DNA of 64,000 bases from Octopus vulgaris (GCA_951406725.2 OX597818.1:100998001-101062000), one strand, 5' to 3'; shown: positions 28,029-46,394, counted from the first letter of the stretch. A program made the numbers and translations. The notes: generated from the sequence alone by a model not told the origin.

Positions 28029-28100
28029 ATGTATGTACATACAGTCGTTATGACAGTATGGCCACAGTCAAATGACTGAAACAAATAATAGAGTAAAAGT
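27793..28100 (+). mobile_element. tRNA-derived SINE, family A
   Basis: ggcgcaggagtggctgtg..gcttaccaatcacatggttcagtcccactgcgtg..gtgagtggatttggtagacagaaactgaaagaag. Confidence 0.8.
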
Positions 28101-28639
28101 GTATTTGCTGAGAGAATTGCAAAAAAGCTGATATATTTTAAAACTATATATAACACGACTAACATACATTCAATGTTCACTTGAAAACATGATGAATAAT
28201 TATAACATAGGCAGAAACATTAATCTTCTAATTGAAGTCACATGCACTGTTTATATATATATTTTCCATATTCATTTCACATAGTAATACTCGGGTAGAA
28301 AGATGTACTTCTTGAAATGTAATTTTATAATTTACTACGCAGCATAATGCGTTTTAATATTGTCTTCCATGAACAGAATGTTCGAAAACCCATAAATGTG
28401 TTATTCTGTTGCGTTTGACAAAATAATTTTAAATATCGCAATTCGTTGATTAATTAGTTATTTGCTCGATGTCTGTAAATATATAAAACGTGATATTTCA
28501 GAAATAAATGAAGGTATATAGAGCTGTTGCTAAACATATACAGAATCGGAACTGCTAAAAGGCAATATTCAAAAATATGAATTATTTTTATTGTAGTATT
28601 ATTTCGGGTAATTAATTTAGATACCCAGCATATATCATA

Positions 28640-29007
28640 TCAGTTTTAAATTTTGGCGCAATTCCAGCAGTTTGGTGAAAGTGGTAAGTCGATTACATCG
28701 ATCTCACTGCTCAATTGGACTCTGAAAGTGTGAAAGAGGAAGTTGACCCCAGACTGAATTTGAACTCAGAACAGAATGCTTGACGAAATATCTATTTCTT
28801 TACTACCCACAAGGGTCTAAACACAGAGGATCTAAACAAACATGGACAGATAAACGGATTAAGTCGATTATATCGAACTCAGTGCGTAGCTGGTACTTAT
28901 TTAAACGACCCCGAAATGATGAAGGGCAAAGTCGACCTTGACGGAATTTAAACTCAGAACGTTCAGACAGAGGAAATATCTCTAAGCATTTTGCCAGCTC
29001 GCTACCA
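28640..29007 (-). mobile_element. Tandem pair of family C SINEs (same arrangement as 23325-23752)
   Basis: Two bodies joined by the same tail: tttcttt..cccacaaggg.ctaaaca.agagg..ggacaga..gattaagtcgatta. Confidence 0.75.
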
Positions 29008-30264
29008 TAAATATATTATATCAATTTTATGTTTTATAACATATCAGTGGAACACTCAAATAGAATGGCGTGACGCATGTAGTTGTAAGTAGGTAAATAC
29101 CACAAGTTTCAATCTCACACTTAACTCTAGCTACAACGTACCTACTTGGCTTTCAGAGTAAAAATAAACATCACTGCCCTATTCTCCATTAATGACACAC
29201 AAAATGAAATAACAATGAAATATAAACAATAGATCTTTGAAAAGCCCTCTCGTCGTTAACACAAACGTGAGCTGGGGGATTATCAAGAACATATCACATG
29301 CCATTTATTCAAACACTAAACTAGACAGTGAAAGCTGCCAACCCAAATTACCAGGGTAACGTTTTCTACTGTTTTATTCTTGTTGACAGTAATCGACAAG
29401 TTTGACAGTAACTAACAAGTGATAGCCAATAGAAAAAGGGTAAAGGAATGTTTAATAAACTCAGACAACTAAGCAAATTTGATGATTTGTGCGTATCATA
29501 GAGAAGTAATTCTTCATTGAATAGATTTTCTATTAATCGAACTGAAGTATCCGTTGCGTATTATCGGCATTATATCGATTTAACAAAGGCTATGACAACC
29601 AGAGAATATAAAATAAAGGGTGAAGCGGATTTCAATAGAGGATTCCTAAGGTGGTATTCTAAGAGAAATAGGAATATTATTAGATTGTCATTTCGCCTTA
29701 ACAACATATTAAATAACTTGCAATATTCCGTTTTATTATGCTAGGTTCGGGTTTGTCATCTGCTCAGTACGACCTAGTATTGCCGTCTTTATTGACATCG
29801 ACAAAAGAATTGAAATTCTAGATCAGACGTTTCTATCGACTATACTGTGAACCGTTAGGGATTCAATTAATATTGACACACCCATAATCGAAAGGAAGCC
29901 TAACAAATGCAATGGACTCAGCTTTGTACATTGATAATCGAACTTTCGAAGTTTATCGGTTAATTGATTAAGTGGATTCTTCTGGATATGTGAAGCAGTA
30001 CCATAATCATTATTTCTGTCATTACATGCATTCCAAGCAATACAACGCCAATTTCTCAATTTAGAGATAATTATTATATCAGAAAGCATAAGGAGGATTG
30101 CAATTTAACAATCCGGGTTTTAATTTAGACTTTATTAATGCATAATTAGACCGATTCCGAAAACATTAAATAACTCAATAGAAAATAATTTCTTTCACGT
30201 GGAAATATAAAACGGATGAAGAATACGAAACCTGGTTTCTTCGTGGAAATTTCAGTCTAATAAC

Positions 30265-30430
30265 ACAAACTATATCCACAAATTCTGTGTTCAAATTCCG
30301 CTGAGGTCTACTTTGACTTAAATCCTTAAATCCTTCTGGGGTCAATGAAATAAGCATCAGTAGTGTATAGGGGTTGCTATGATCGACTTTCTCCCTCCTG
30401 AAATTGCTGGTCTTGCGCCAAAATTAGACT
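30265..30430 (+). mobile_element. Family C SINE fragment
   Basis: ttctgtgttcaaattccgctgaggtctactttg..ggggtcaatgaaataag..atcgact. Confidence 0.6.
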
Positions 30431-30781
30431 TCATTTGTCTTCACTAATTAATTACGTTGCTCTGATATAAAAACAAAAACTTACTATCCTAGTAAATGTA
30501 TCATCTGACACAATTTTAATTGTTCTAATCTAATCATATTTAATCAGCAATTAATATTGCATTCAAATTTCGGCACAAGCCAGCAGTTTCGGAGCATGGA
30601 GTAATATAACTCTGTGCTTATTTTATCGCCTCCAAAATAGCGAAAACAGAGTTGACATCGGTTGCATATGAACTCCGGAAACACGGACGAAATGCTACTC
30701 AACATTGTGCTCGCGGAGCTAACGATTCTGCTTAGAGGCAGCCTTATCAACAAGTAATACAAATACAAATACATACATACA

Positions 30782-30813
<32 letters not shown>

Positions 30814-30914
30814 CATACATACATACATACATACATACACACATGCATACATACATACATAAATACATGCATGCATACATAAATACATGCATACATACAT
30901 ACATACATACATAC

Positions 30915-31191
30915 AGAAAAGAAATGTGCAGTATATCGCTGTTTAAAATTTTTACTTGACCCTATATATATATGGTTATAGAATCGTGTAAAGTGTTGTG
31001 TACCGTGCATGTATAAATTTCGTTAGACTTTCTGCAACGGGTTTGTAGAGGGCAGGTGGCGCCAGGGCGACATTTACATGGTTGTGCATTGTGAGGATTA
31101 TTCTCAGGAATGGTGCAGCTAATACTGTCTGAAGAGAGACTAGATATAATGGTAGATTGGTGTATGTTATTAACATTACTATTACTATTAC

Positions 31192-31281
<90 letters not shown>

Positions 31282-31301
31282 TATCATTATTATAATTAAT
31301 A

Positions 31302-31375
<74 letters not shown>

Positions 31376-31684
31376 TCTACCGTTGCTTTTATCTATCCTG
31401 ACTCTAATGGTGGTGGATGCTGGGGTAGTAGTATTCTGGTTAGTGTTAGTAGGATTGACTGGTTTTTCGTTTTGGTCTAGAGTATGGGGTTCGTTATTGA
31501 AGTTATGTATATGTTGGGTGTTCGTGTATTCAGAGTTGATACAGTATAAGGTTATCTCGATTAGCGAATATGATGTCTCGTCCACTGAGAAAATATCCGA
31601 TAAGCAACGGCCAATATCACAACCGAGCGCTAATACTAGGTTCATGCAACATAAATATGAAATCATATCATAACGACATGCCAA
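30915..31684 (-). mobile_element. PLE fragment: thumb end, Asn-repeat linker, Cys motif and GIY-YIG start
   Basis: ISYLCCMN ... CKCRPGATCPLQTRC..NEIYTCTV...IYI, then a frameshift to YIGSSKNFKQRYTAH. Confidence 0.7.
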
Positions 31685-31849
31685 CCATCATAATCGCAAC
31701 AGACCACACATACACAATACTAGAATCCCGAGAGAACCCGGATTAAGACAAATTTAAACCCCACACGCACACATATAACACGAGGTCTAAAGCAAAAAAT
31801 GCTCCCAATAACGGGCCATACCCCCCCCCTAACTTTTAAACGTGTAGAT

Positions 31850-32075
31850 TACACTACCCCTAAGCAACCAAAACGAAGCGGCGGATGCTCTGTGGTATGG
31901 TATGCATCCACCTTCTGTCTAAACGCTAAGAACTTAGCAAAATTCTTTTTTATAATATACCGATTCCAACTTCACTCATCAACAGAAATATTACTCTATC
32001 TTTAATCGCTCAAACTTAAAGCTATCCTACTCCTCCCCGCCCAACTTTGAGTCTATCATAACAGCCTCTAATTGG
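31850..32075 (+). mobile_element. PLE RT-thumb fragment, opposite orientation to 30915-31684
   Basis: VVWYASTFCLNAKNLAKFF and IFNRSNLKLSYSSPPNFESIITASN resemble the PLE WFNPP...IFNR..LKLSYS..PN thumb motif. Confidence 0.6.
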
Positions 32076-32079
32076 AGAA

Positions 32080-32230
32080 AACTTTCTCTCAATTAGCTGC
32101 AAAGATGGGAACTTTCAGTTCCCTGAGTAGAAAAGTGTCACTGCTGAGAAAAAATCCTAACACGAATGATATCACCGAAAACTTTAGGCCAGAAATTCTG
32201 CTAAACGCAGATTTTAAGATTTTGACTTAG
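32080..32230 (+). mobile_element. Small L1/Tx1-like RT fragment
   Basis: LLRKNPNTNDITENFRPEILLNADFKI resembles the LINE RT motif NYRPISLLNxDYKI. Confidence 0.5.
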
Positions 32231-33465
32231 ATCGTAGCAAAGATGTTTGCCCTTGTCATACATGGTCTGAATGTTGATACATGTAATTCATCAAAGAGAG
32301 GGTGGTTAAGGTACCTGGTATTGGGATGGAGTTGGGTTGGGGAAATAGGCAGTAACCTAAACTCACTGAAATTAATTTTAGTAAACTTGAAACTCGTAAG
32401 AAATTTTTGCCATCACAGAGCAGTTACAACGTCGAAAAAATATGCCATATATATTTTCGTCCAAATCCAAACCATTTCTCAGCTCGAATTTAACGTAGCT
32501 TAACTTATTCTTGAATCATGATGGGGTCGACAAAATACAATAGTAGGAGAGTCGGTGCTGATTAATCCGTTCCCCAGAAAAATGTTTGCCCTATGCTTAA
32601 ACAGTGATGGTAATTTCAGTAAAATAATTAATATTCATATTAGTAGAAGGGAAGATACTTGGAAAGCGTTGTAGTAACATTGACATTGGAATGGACATCT
32701 AAGTTTACGTTTATAAGTTATCTTGATTTATCTCTTTTATTTCATTAGATATATACATGAAATCTAGAAGACCTATTCCTCCATACAGTTTAATGAAACG
32801 TAATGTTGTTTATAATGTAAATAACAAAACAAACAGAAGCCATAGTCGGAAGCTAGTCAAATGCACTTTGATTGAAAATCATGTGAATTTTGAAAAAAAT
32901 ATTCTTGAATGGTTACCATGACAGTGACTAGGCGATTAACAATATACAGAATCTTGTTTATGCCTAAGATCTCCCTTGGCAAAACATATTATGCATCTTA
33001 AACTTCATCAAAGACATTTAGAAACCATTAGTGCCCATCAGCGGTGTATGTTTGCGGTTGCTCACATGAATACCAAAAGTGGGATGCAAACGTAATTATC
33101 CGATTAGTGTTGGAAATACGGAAAAAATAGTTTGGGAAAAACACAAACAAAAAACAATATTTGCTCTAAAGTTATTCATTATTCAATTTCCTCTATTTAC
33201 TCAAAAATATTTTATGCCCTGCAGATTCACGTCTGTCTTCAACAGAATAGTTTGAAAGTACATTTAAAAAATCATACCGTGATTAACATGCGTGAGTCTG
33301 TGATATGGATTTGTCAGACATGTTTGTTTTCCTGAACAATGTTTTGCAAGGATTCTAATGAATACTGGTTTAAATATTTATGTATGTAGGGATATATAAT
33401 TGCTAGCGTTTATGTAAAAATGCACGTACGTGTTTATACATATACATATATGAACGTATTATAAT

Positions 33466-33521
<56 letters not shown>

Positions 33522-33524
33522 ATC

Positions 33525-34440
33525 GCTGCTTTCTTCCAACGAATCTATTGCTCTTAGTTTAGTTTTCTCTTGGGGCTGGCCAGATTGGAGCAATCTCAAG
33601 TATAATCAACCGAAATTCCGAGGATAATCTGGTGCTTAACTAAGAAAAGAAGACTTCAAATGACCCGTCCCTGTTTTGTTTGTATCGTCTATCTGGATGT
33701 TTTGTTGTCCCATTTTTATATCACCCAGCTGTCCGGATGTTTTGCGTTCTTGTCCGAGTTTGTAAATATCTTTTCTCACTCGCAGCAGGTACTTCCTTTC
33801 TGTTTTTCCCTTCACTTCATCGTGTTGGATTCTGTCTGGCTCAAGTATCCGCATGCATTTAAAGCTGGACTGAGGTTAAATTGCGTTCACCATTTCGCCA
33901 CTTGGCAACCATGTATCTTCTGTCTTGGCAAGCTTTCATTACCATCTTAGCACAAACTCCATCGTAATATCTTTAGAAAAAATCAACACAGACTGAACTA
34001 GAGTGTTCAGTTATTCCTCAGTGTTTGTGAATAGCTCCAGGTCGTACATGAATAGCAACTGGTTTAGTTTTCCCTTACCTCTTCTCAGATCATACCCCAA
34101 CTTTCTTTTCTGTAGTATTTCACTGAAGAGGATCATTCCCAGCCCGCATATCAGTGGGTCACATGGTTCCCCTGGAAGATTCCTCTCTAAATTTTCTCCT
34201 CTCCTAATACTCGCATCCCTGCTGTCAACTCTGTACTAAAGCATTTCATGCTATTCCATACAAGGCTTCTCGTACTTTCTGCTACTCCATACATTTCCAT
34301 TGTTCTTATTATCTAGGAGTTTGGTATCATATCGTTTGCTTTGCGATAGTCAGCCCATGCCATGCGCAGGTTTGTATGTCTTCCCTTGCAGTTCCTGATA
34401 ATTAGATTATCAATTAAGAGCTGATTCTTCGTTCCATATC
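33525..34440 (-). mobile_element. Highly decayed R4/Dong-like LINE fragment
   Basis: Minus-strand [28 protein letters not shown] and ..IQHDEVK.KTERKYLLRVRK parallel the Dong copies at 35.6-41.6 kb. Confidence 0.7.
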
Positions 34441-35056
34441 ACACGATAGGCTGGTCATTTAACAACTCTCACCCAAACTGTGTAAGCCACTTCTATAACT
34501 TTCTATGTTTGTTACAACTTCGAAACATTTATAGATTTTTACATCTTAAGTACGAAGTGATTTTCCAAAGATAGTTTCATTTATGGTGAATACAATGTGG
34601 TGTTCTACAGACAGATAGCTATATGTTGTTTTAAAACTTTGAATTTTTGTTGATAAATGTCTGTATCTTAGCTATAATAGGTCCTCCCCATAAAATCTAA
34701 ATTTCCAAATATTAACTCATTACCACACTGGAATTTTGGCGAGCTTACCTGCTTCCATTTCGTTCCTCTCCCTCCCTCTCTCTATCTCATCTTCCACTGT
34801 GTTTACAGTGCTGCTGTAAGCATTCACACAATAGGGTAGCCATTTAACAGCTCTCCTCGCAAATGTGTAAGTCTTTTCTATTACTCGCTGTGTTTGATAA
34901 AACCTTGAGATGGTTATAGATTTTTATATCTTAAGTATGATGTGATTTTACGTAGGTAGATTCCTTTTTTGTGAATACGATATAGTATTTTATAGATAGA
35001 CTAGCAGAGATATCCAGCGTTCTTCGGGATTCAAATAGCATAGTTTGTATATGTAT

Positions 35057-35128
<72 letters not shown>

Positions 35129-35599
35129 TATAGTTATGTTCAAACTAGTGATACAGGGAAGGGCAGTATTGACAACAAAACATTTACGGAGTAACTGATG
35201 GGCTAATTCGACTAAGCGACATGTCATGCGTCCGTTTGGAGTATTATAGGCCCTAACTTGTCATAGAAAATTTGGGGTTGGGTGTATGTGATTTTTTAAC
35301 ATATCGCACAGCTGTTGGCGCTGTGTCTAACACGACCCATCGTCTGAAATTTTGACCATACCTTCGGGTTTGTTGTTCTACATCACTCGTAAAGTAAATT
35401 TAGAGTAGCTATGGTTGTTCATTTGTGGATGCTGGGAAGCCATATGTGATAAACTTTCTCTTGAACTTTGAACGTACGCGTAAATTTATGTTCAGCTATC
35501 TCCTTGCATGCACCAATCGACGTCATCTGGAATGTAGAGTTGCTGTCTCTGGTATTGTTCAGCAAATCCTATGACTAGATCGTAGTGCTTTGCAGAAGT

Positions 35600-39990
<4,391 letters not shown>

Positions 39991-40017
39991 ATTATTATTA
40001 TTATTATTATTATTACT

Positions 40018-41632
40018 TTTTTTTTTTCTTCTTTCAAATTTTCTTCCATTTCTTGCCGAGAGTCTTCCCGACTCCTAGGGCAAAGAAACTCATAGTGTAT
40101 ATTGGTAGGCCATTAAACCAAACTCAGTAGTTCGTTCATATTTTTTTTTTTTTGTTAAATTAAAATACATGAGCAGCAACAGTTCTCACATCGACAATGC
40201 TCTTCTCAATACGTGTGATGTACCAGTTAAGACACTCTTTTGCACTTCTTGCAGGGATGGTAAGCCAGGGATCATTCTCATATAATTTTCGGTTCCCTTC
40301 TTGATCATTCCTAGTGCTCCTACGATCACTGGTATTGTAACCGCCTTGAGATGCCACATTTTCTCAATTTCAATGAGTAGGTCTTTATATTTTCTGAGCT
40401 TGTCAAACTCTTTCGCTGAGATATTATGATCACAGAGGATGCTCATGTCGATCAATAAGCAAACTTTATTGTTTTGGTCTTTCACAACAATATCTGGTTT
40501 ATTGGCCTTGATGGTTCGGTCTGTATGTACTGGAAAGTCCCACAGAATGGTTACATTTTCTCCTTCAGTTACAGCCTCAGGGTGGTGATTATACCACTTG
40601 TCGGCAGTTTTGATATTGTAATGCCGACTTATTAGCCAGTGGAGATATTGGCCAACTCTGTCATGTCTTAATTTATACTCCACTGGTGCTAAGACTTTAC
40701 ATCCAGAGATTAGGTGGTCCACTGTTTCAATCATGTCATTGCAGAATCGGCATTTTGGGTCTGCTCCATTTTTCATCACATTGGCCTGGTAGTTCCGGGT
40801 TAATAGGCTTTGGTCTTGAGCAGCCAGGATGAAACCTTCGCTCTCTGCTTTTAGCCCTGAGCTCCGCAGCCACTGATGGGTTTGCTTCTGGTCAACATCA
40901 GCTTGTTTGCTGCGGGTCACATATTTGCCGTGCAGAGGTTTCTCCTCCCACCTATCAGCCAATTGCTCGTGCGCTTTTTTCATTGCCATCATTTTCACCT
41001 TCTTTGCAACAATAGTTGCCGTACTTCCATCGGGTTGTTCAGTTTGGGTATCCTGCACGAGATCAATAGCAAATCTTTTGCTTTCCTTGATGATAGAATG
41101 AAGCTTCTTTCGTCTCTCGTGATTTTCCACGAGCTTTAGCATCCAGTCATTCGATATTTCGAGATATTTGGCCAGTCCAATTGTGGTTGTTTTGTAAGCT
41201 AGTTCAAATTGGATCAGGCCTCGACCTCCTTGGGCTCTGGGAAGGTAAAGGCGATCTACGTCTGCCTTTGGGTGGTGCATCCTATTACAACTCAGCAGCT
41301 TGCGTATTTTTCTATCTATATTCTTTACTACACTCATATTCCAGTTCAACACATTGTAGCTATAAGTAACAACTGGAACTGCTAAGGAATTTATAGCTAA
41401 CACCTTGTTACGTGCATTTAGTTCAGATTTCAGGACTGCACGAACTCTCCTATAACATTCCTTCCTGATTTTCTCTTTCATGCTTGCATGCTGAATACCA
41501 GAGCCTTCATTTATCCCTAAATATTTGTATGTTTGTTCTTGCTCAAGCTCTCTTATGACTGTGTCAACATCTAACACGACTGAATTTGTGGTCTTGACTG
41601 TGTCAACATCTAACACGACTGAATTTGTGGTC

Positions 41633-41633
<1 letters not shown>
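40018..41633 (-). mobile_element. 5'-truncated R4/Dong element, third subfamily
   Basis: Uninterrupted 476-aa frame; (TAA)n at 39961-40016 and from 41636. Confidence 0.93.
40186..41616 (-). CDS. R4/Dong ORF C-terminal half (RT thumb, CCHC, restriction-like endonuclease)
   Basis: YKYLG, HPKADVDRLYLPRAQGGRGL, CRFCNDMIETVDHLISGC, RHD, KPDIVV..LIDM..KLRKYKDL. Confidence 0.88.
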   Translation of the reverse strand: MLDVDTVKTTNSVVLDVDTVIRELEQEQTYKYLGINEGSGIQHASMKEKIRKECYRRVRAVLKSELNARNKVLAINSLAVPVVTYSYNVLNWNMSVVKNIDRKIRKLLSCNRMHHPKADVDRLYLPRAQGGRGLIQFELAYKTTTIGLAKYLEISNDWMLKLVENHERRKKLHSIIKESKRFAIDLVQDTQTEQPDGSTATIVAKKVKMMAMKKAHEQLADRWEEKPLHGKYVTRSKQADVDQKQTHQWLRSSGLKAESEGFILAAQDQSLLTRNYQANVMKNGADPKCRFCNDMIETVDHLISGCKVLAPVEYKLRHDRVGQYLHWLISRHYNIKTADKWYNHHPEAVTEGENVTILWDFPVHTDRTIKANKPDIVVKDQNNKVCLLIDMSILCDHNISAKEFDKLRKYKDLLIEIEKMWHLKAVTIPVIVGALGMIKKGTENYMRMIPGLPSLQEVQKSVLTGTSHVLRRALSM

Positions 41634-41635
<2 letters not shown>

Positions 41636-41710
<75 letters not shown>

Positions 41711-41815
41711 CATCATCATCATTATCATCATCATTATCATCATCATTAACATCATCATCATCATCGTCATCGTCATCGTCATCATCATCATCATTATTAT
41801 TATTATTATTATCAT
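41636..41815. repeat. Compound (TAA)n/(CAT)n microsatellite
   Basis: Direct reading. Confidence 0.95.
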
Positions 41816-43370
41816 TGTATACACACACATACACACAGACACATATATATATATATTTATATAAATGTGTTCCTAAGATGCATAGGTCTCAATTCATTTT
41901 CTCCTGTATAACTTGGTTACCCATTTATGTGTTTTTCACCTTCCCTGGAATCTTCACTTCGGAAATTTTATAGAAATTCTTTTTTAAATGTTTTTATATT
42001 CAGTACATGTCTGAACAATCAAGAGCGGATCTCTCCACTAAGTTGTGCCGTGCTATCGACATACACTGCAATCACATCAAGTTCTTACGACCCTGCAAAG
42101 AATTCGATATCCACCCGATGTGGTTTTTGTGTGGAAATTCCATTGACCTAACATTGAGCCTCAATTTAAATAAGTAATTAATACGAATTTTAATTATATA
42201 TATATATACACACATAAACACACACACATACATGCATCTCCTTCTTCGTATTACACTTATCAAGGAGTTGTAATATAAATTGTCATAAATGTAATTTAAT
42301 CAAGAAACAAAATACAATTACAGGCATATTTAGATTTTTTGTCCCTCATCCTTATTTTGCGGAATACGTTTCGATATTATCGAGAATATTACGTTACCGT
42401 ATTGTATTGATATTTAGTCAATAAAAAAAAAGCAACCATCTATGACACCCTTGACAATAATATTTCATGTTAATTCTCATATCATTGTCAGTATGATATA
42501 ATCGTTGATCTCTTTATGTTCGTATTATGGTTTCCATGTCAATTTATAATATTAGTATAATTTACATTATAAAATTTATTTTGCTATCAATCATTTTCAA
42601 TGTCAAAAAGAGTGTTATAGAAATTTATATCTTATTTAATTTCGTGACTCGAAGGAAGCCTATTAATTCATTCTTAAATCGGCTCCAAATTTAAACCAGG
42701 GGAAATCAAGGATCGATTGAATGATTTGGAACGTCTCTTAATATTTTGTATTCACATGAAAAAACTTTTATACTGTAACTACTAAAACATGACTTATATG
42801 TATCATTCATGTAGGTTATGTGTTGAAACAGCGTCCCTCTAGATTGAAAAGAAATATTAGTTACACTACTATGGCAGTGTTTATTAAATATATCTTATAC
42901 AAAAGAAGTGACATTAACTGCGTTTAGTATAGACAATACTATTAATGTTTCCTGAATATTCAATTGAACAGACAATGTCTGATCTATAATGCGATAATCA
43001 GATATGCAAGCACACTCTTTCTTTTTCTGTTTTTTCAATTGTGATATCCCCATCAACACCATTTATATCACTATATCAAGCAGTGAATGTAAACTAAGTC
43101 TCCCCTGCCAAAATAACACGCAGCTGGTAATGATTTAATCAGTCAATGCGTAAAAGGAAAAAAATGGTAATTTCTAAAATGCTTCGATATGAATACGTAA
43201 AGGGAAGTAACATGACATGTTTACATAAAATAATGTTCTGTGGTATTCCTTTTAAATACAGAGTATAAAATACAGAGTGATGAACAACTAGAATAATATA
43301 AAACGGATTCTTTGTAGCAGAAGTGATATATATATATATATGTATATGTATATGTGTATGTGTGCATGTG

Positions 43371-43427
<57 letters not shown>

Positions 43428-43559
43428 CTGTGTCTGTGTGTATGTATGTATACATGTATGCATTGACTTATCTCATAAATGATGCGTTTTTTTATACTAT
43501 TATGTTCATTTTTACACTTCTTGTATTGAGATGAACATAGTTCTTTCTTCATCTAAAAT

Positions 43560-44195
43560 ATACTCTCCATTTTCTGCTATGCTTTTCCGTCTATCCGGGA
43601 GGTTTGTAATGTCTCTCTTCAAAATTTTATTTGTTCGTGACGAAATTAATCCTCCAGTATGGTTTTGACCTCGTCTACAGAAATCATATTTTTACTGTCA
43701 AAATGAATTTGAATTCGGTGGGATAAATGGTAATCAGCTGGGGCATTGTCCAGTGAATATGGCGGGTAGGTCATCGTTTCCCTTACAGACTCCTCCAGCT
43801 TTTGGAATATCATCTTTGCTGTACGTGACCGAGCATTATCCTGATGGAAGAACAGCTTTCGTCTTGAACGCAAAGATGGTTGTTTTTCTGCTAGCGCTTA
43901 CTTAAGGCGCTGAAGCTACTCACAGTAGATCTCCTTTGTTATCGTTTGGTTTGGGTTTAAATGTTCAAAGTGGGCTAAGCATTTCATATCCCACCAAACA
44001 GATAGCAACACCTTACGTGGATGTAAACCTTCTTTAGCCTGGGGGGGGGGGTGTCTTCTTTCCCTACACACTGTCTTCGGCGCTCGACATTTTTATAGAG
44101 AACCCATTTCTCATCAACAGTCACTATTCGGTCCAATAGAAGTTCATTCGTGAGATGTGGCAGCAAAGAAGAGCACACATTCACTCTCAAATCTC
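43560..44195 (-). mobile_element. Decayed mariner (DD34D) transposase catalytic-domain fragment
   Basis: LLDRIVTVDEKWVLY, FHQDNARS, YPPYSLDNAPADYHL (compare TGDEKW, HDNARPH, YSPDLAPSDY). Confidence 0.88.
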
Positions 44196-44905
44196 TCTTA
44201 TCTACATTCTTTTCTCTTTCCCGTTTAAATAAATCTGTTTCAAGTATGCCCTTGTAAATTGGCAAAACTCGCTCGCTCGGAGTAGCATATATTAGCATTT
44301 AATACAATGACGCGTTGTTGCCTTACGAATCATCACTAAGTGTAAACAACACTGAATTTAACGCGATCATTAATTTTAATACAATGACCTAAATTGAAGG
44401 TACAAAGCAGAAAACTTTTCACTCATACCACGTACGTCCACACGCAATTACCGTTGCAGCGGCACTGTAGAAAAGTTCACTCCCTTTCCTTTCTAGTGAA
44501 TACGCAACCTGAAGTTATTAGACAATTGCATTGAAAACTGGTATTCCACATTCTAGAGATACGAAATTTACTGTTTTACATTCTGCTTCTTAGAAATTTA
44601 AACTTCGACCAAAGATAGCGATTTTTAGAATTGCGTTCCGGAGCCTGAAAAAATAATTTAACAGTTCTTCACACATGATGCTTCTAACTCTAATTCGCAT
44701 CAGATTGTCGATTCTTGGTTCCCAATTTCGAAATCTGCATTGTTCACTGCATCCTAATGTGCAGCGTCTGAGGATTAGGCTAGGGCACAATACGCATTAA
44801 ATACACTATTTTGCATGTTCTCTGCACATGGAACTAATAGCTGCGCATAAATATATATATTGTGTTTATTTCATTATATATATATACGTATATATATATA
44901 TACAT

Positions 44906-44994
<89 letters not shown>

Positions 44995-45029
44995 CATATA
45001 TATATATATTTCTCCCCCACACATACACA

Positions 45030-45556
45030 TATAGATGGAAGGCGTTCAATGGCATAAGGTATGTGCTCAAGGGAAGGTTGGACAGGACCACCCACGCCAA
45101 CCTCATTAACAGTGCAGTTCTACCTGCAATGTTATATGGTAGTGAAACATGGGCTACCATAAAAGACAGAAGAGCAAAGACTAGTAACGGCTCGAAGAGC
45201 CATGGAAAGGTCAATGCTTGGTATCTCGTTGAGAGAGCAAATAAGTAGCGAGATCATCAGAAAGAAGTCCGGCGTGAGAGATGTCATCGCAGAGTATACA
45301 CGCAGCAAGTATAGATGGGCTGGACACGTCGCCCGGCTCACAGATAGTCAGTGGACACACGCACTTGCCGAGTGGTACCCGTGTGAGCGGAAAAGATCAC
45401 CCGGAAGACCTCCACGACGGTGGAATTACGATTTCGGGAGGACGATTGGGATCCCGTGGATGAGAAAGGAGTGGACAGCGTGGAGTGGACAGCGTGCTGT
45501 GACCAGCGCTGTCAAATGGACGCCAGAAGGACTGGTCTCTCAAGGTGAAGGTGAAG

Positions 45557-45560
<4 letters not shown>
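45030..45560 (+). mobile_element. RTE-clade LINE 3' fragment with (GAAGGT)n tail
   Basis: [42 protein letters not shown]; tail aaggtgaaggtgaaggtga. Confidence 0.9.
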
Positions 45561-45595
<35 letters not shown>

Positions 45596-46394
45596 GTTTA
45601 TTCTTTTATTCTTTTTTTTTCAGTTTATTGGCTGCGGTCATGTTGGAGAGCAACTTTAAATTGTATTAGTGAATGTTGAAAACACTTCACTTAGAATGTT
45701 AGCGTGTTTGGTTCTATCGATATCATTTCTAATACATTATACAACCACTCAGGCACTCGCATGTTATTTAAAATGACAGTTTTCATCATTAAATATGTTT
45801 AATTTAATGTCTGCCATGTTTGAGATTTTAAAATTAATTTAATATATTAAAATTTTATTCCCTTATTTTAGCGAATCGTTTTCCTTTCCTTTTAAAATTT
45901 CCCAAACTGAAAGGACAATTTCTGTGCATTACGCATTATGTGCAGGCGCCATTAATTGATCCATTTTTATCCAAATATATTATTTTATATATATTATGCT
46001 CATAAATCTGAAGGATTCGTCAGATGTTGGAAAGAAATTCGTTTGGATATTTCACTTCAGGTGGCTTTCCCATCTATCCGCAATATCAATTAATCTATTA
46101 TTTCTCTGTGTAATATTGTGGCTTGACTTGTCGATGACCTGATAACAATTAGCGAACGATAATATTAATTACGTATTGCGAAAGGCTAACAATTTCAGTG
46201 GGGGTGTTAATTGGATAGTGTCGACCTCAGTGCAAATCTGGTACTTAATTTAGGGGTCCAGAGAATATGAAAAGCAAAGTCGACCTCGGTGGTAATCGAA
46301 CTTTGCCAGGTTGAATTGTAGTGTCAACTTATTACCTTCTCACAAATTGCTGGTTTTATTCCAAAACTTTAAATCAATATTAATTGTCGATTAT

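Noticed and set aside
41556-41633. Direct repeats as a CRISPR-like array
   Set aside because: Two abutting units without spacers, inside a LINE ORF in eukaryotic DNA.
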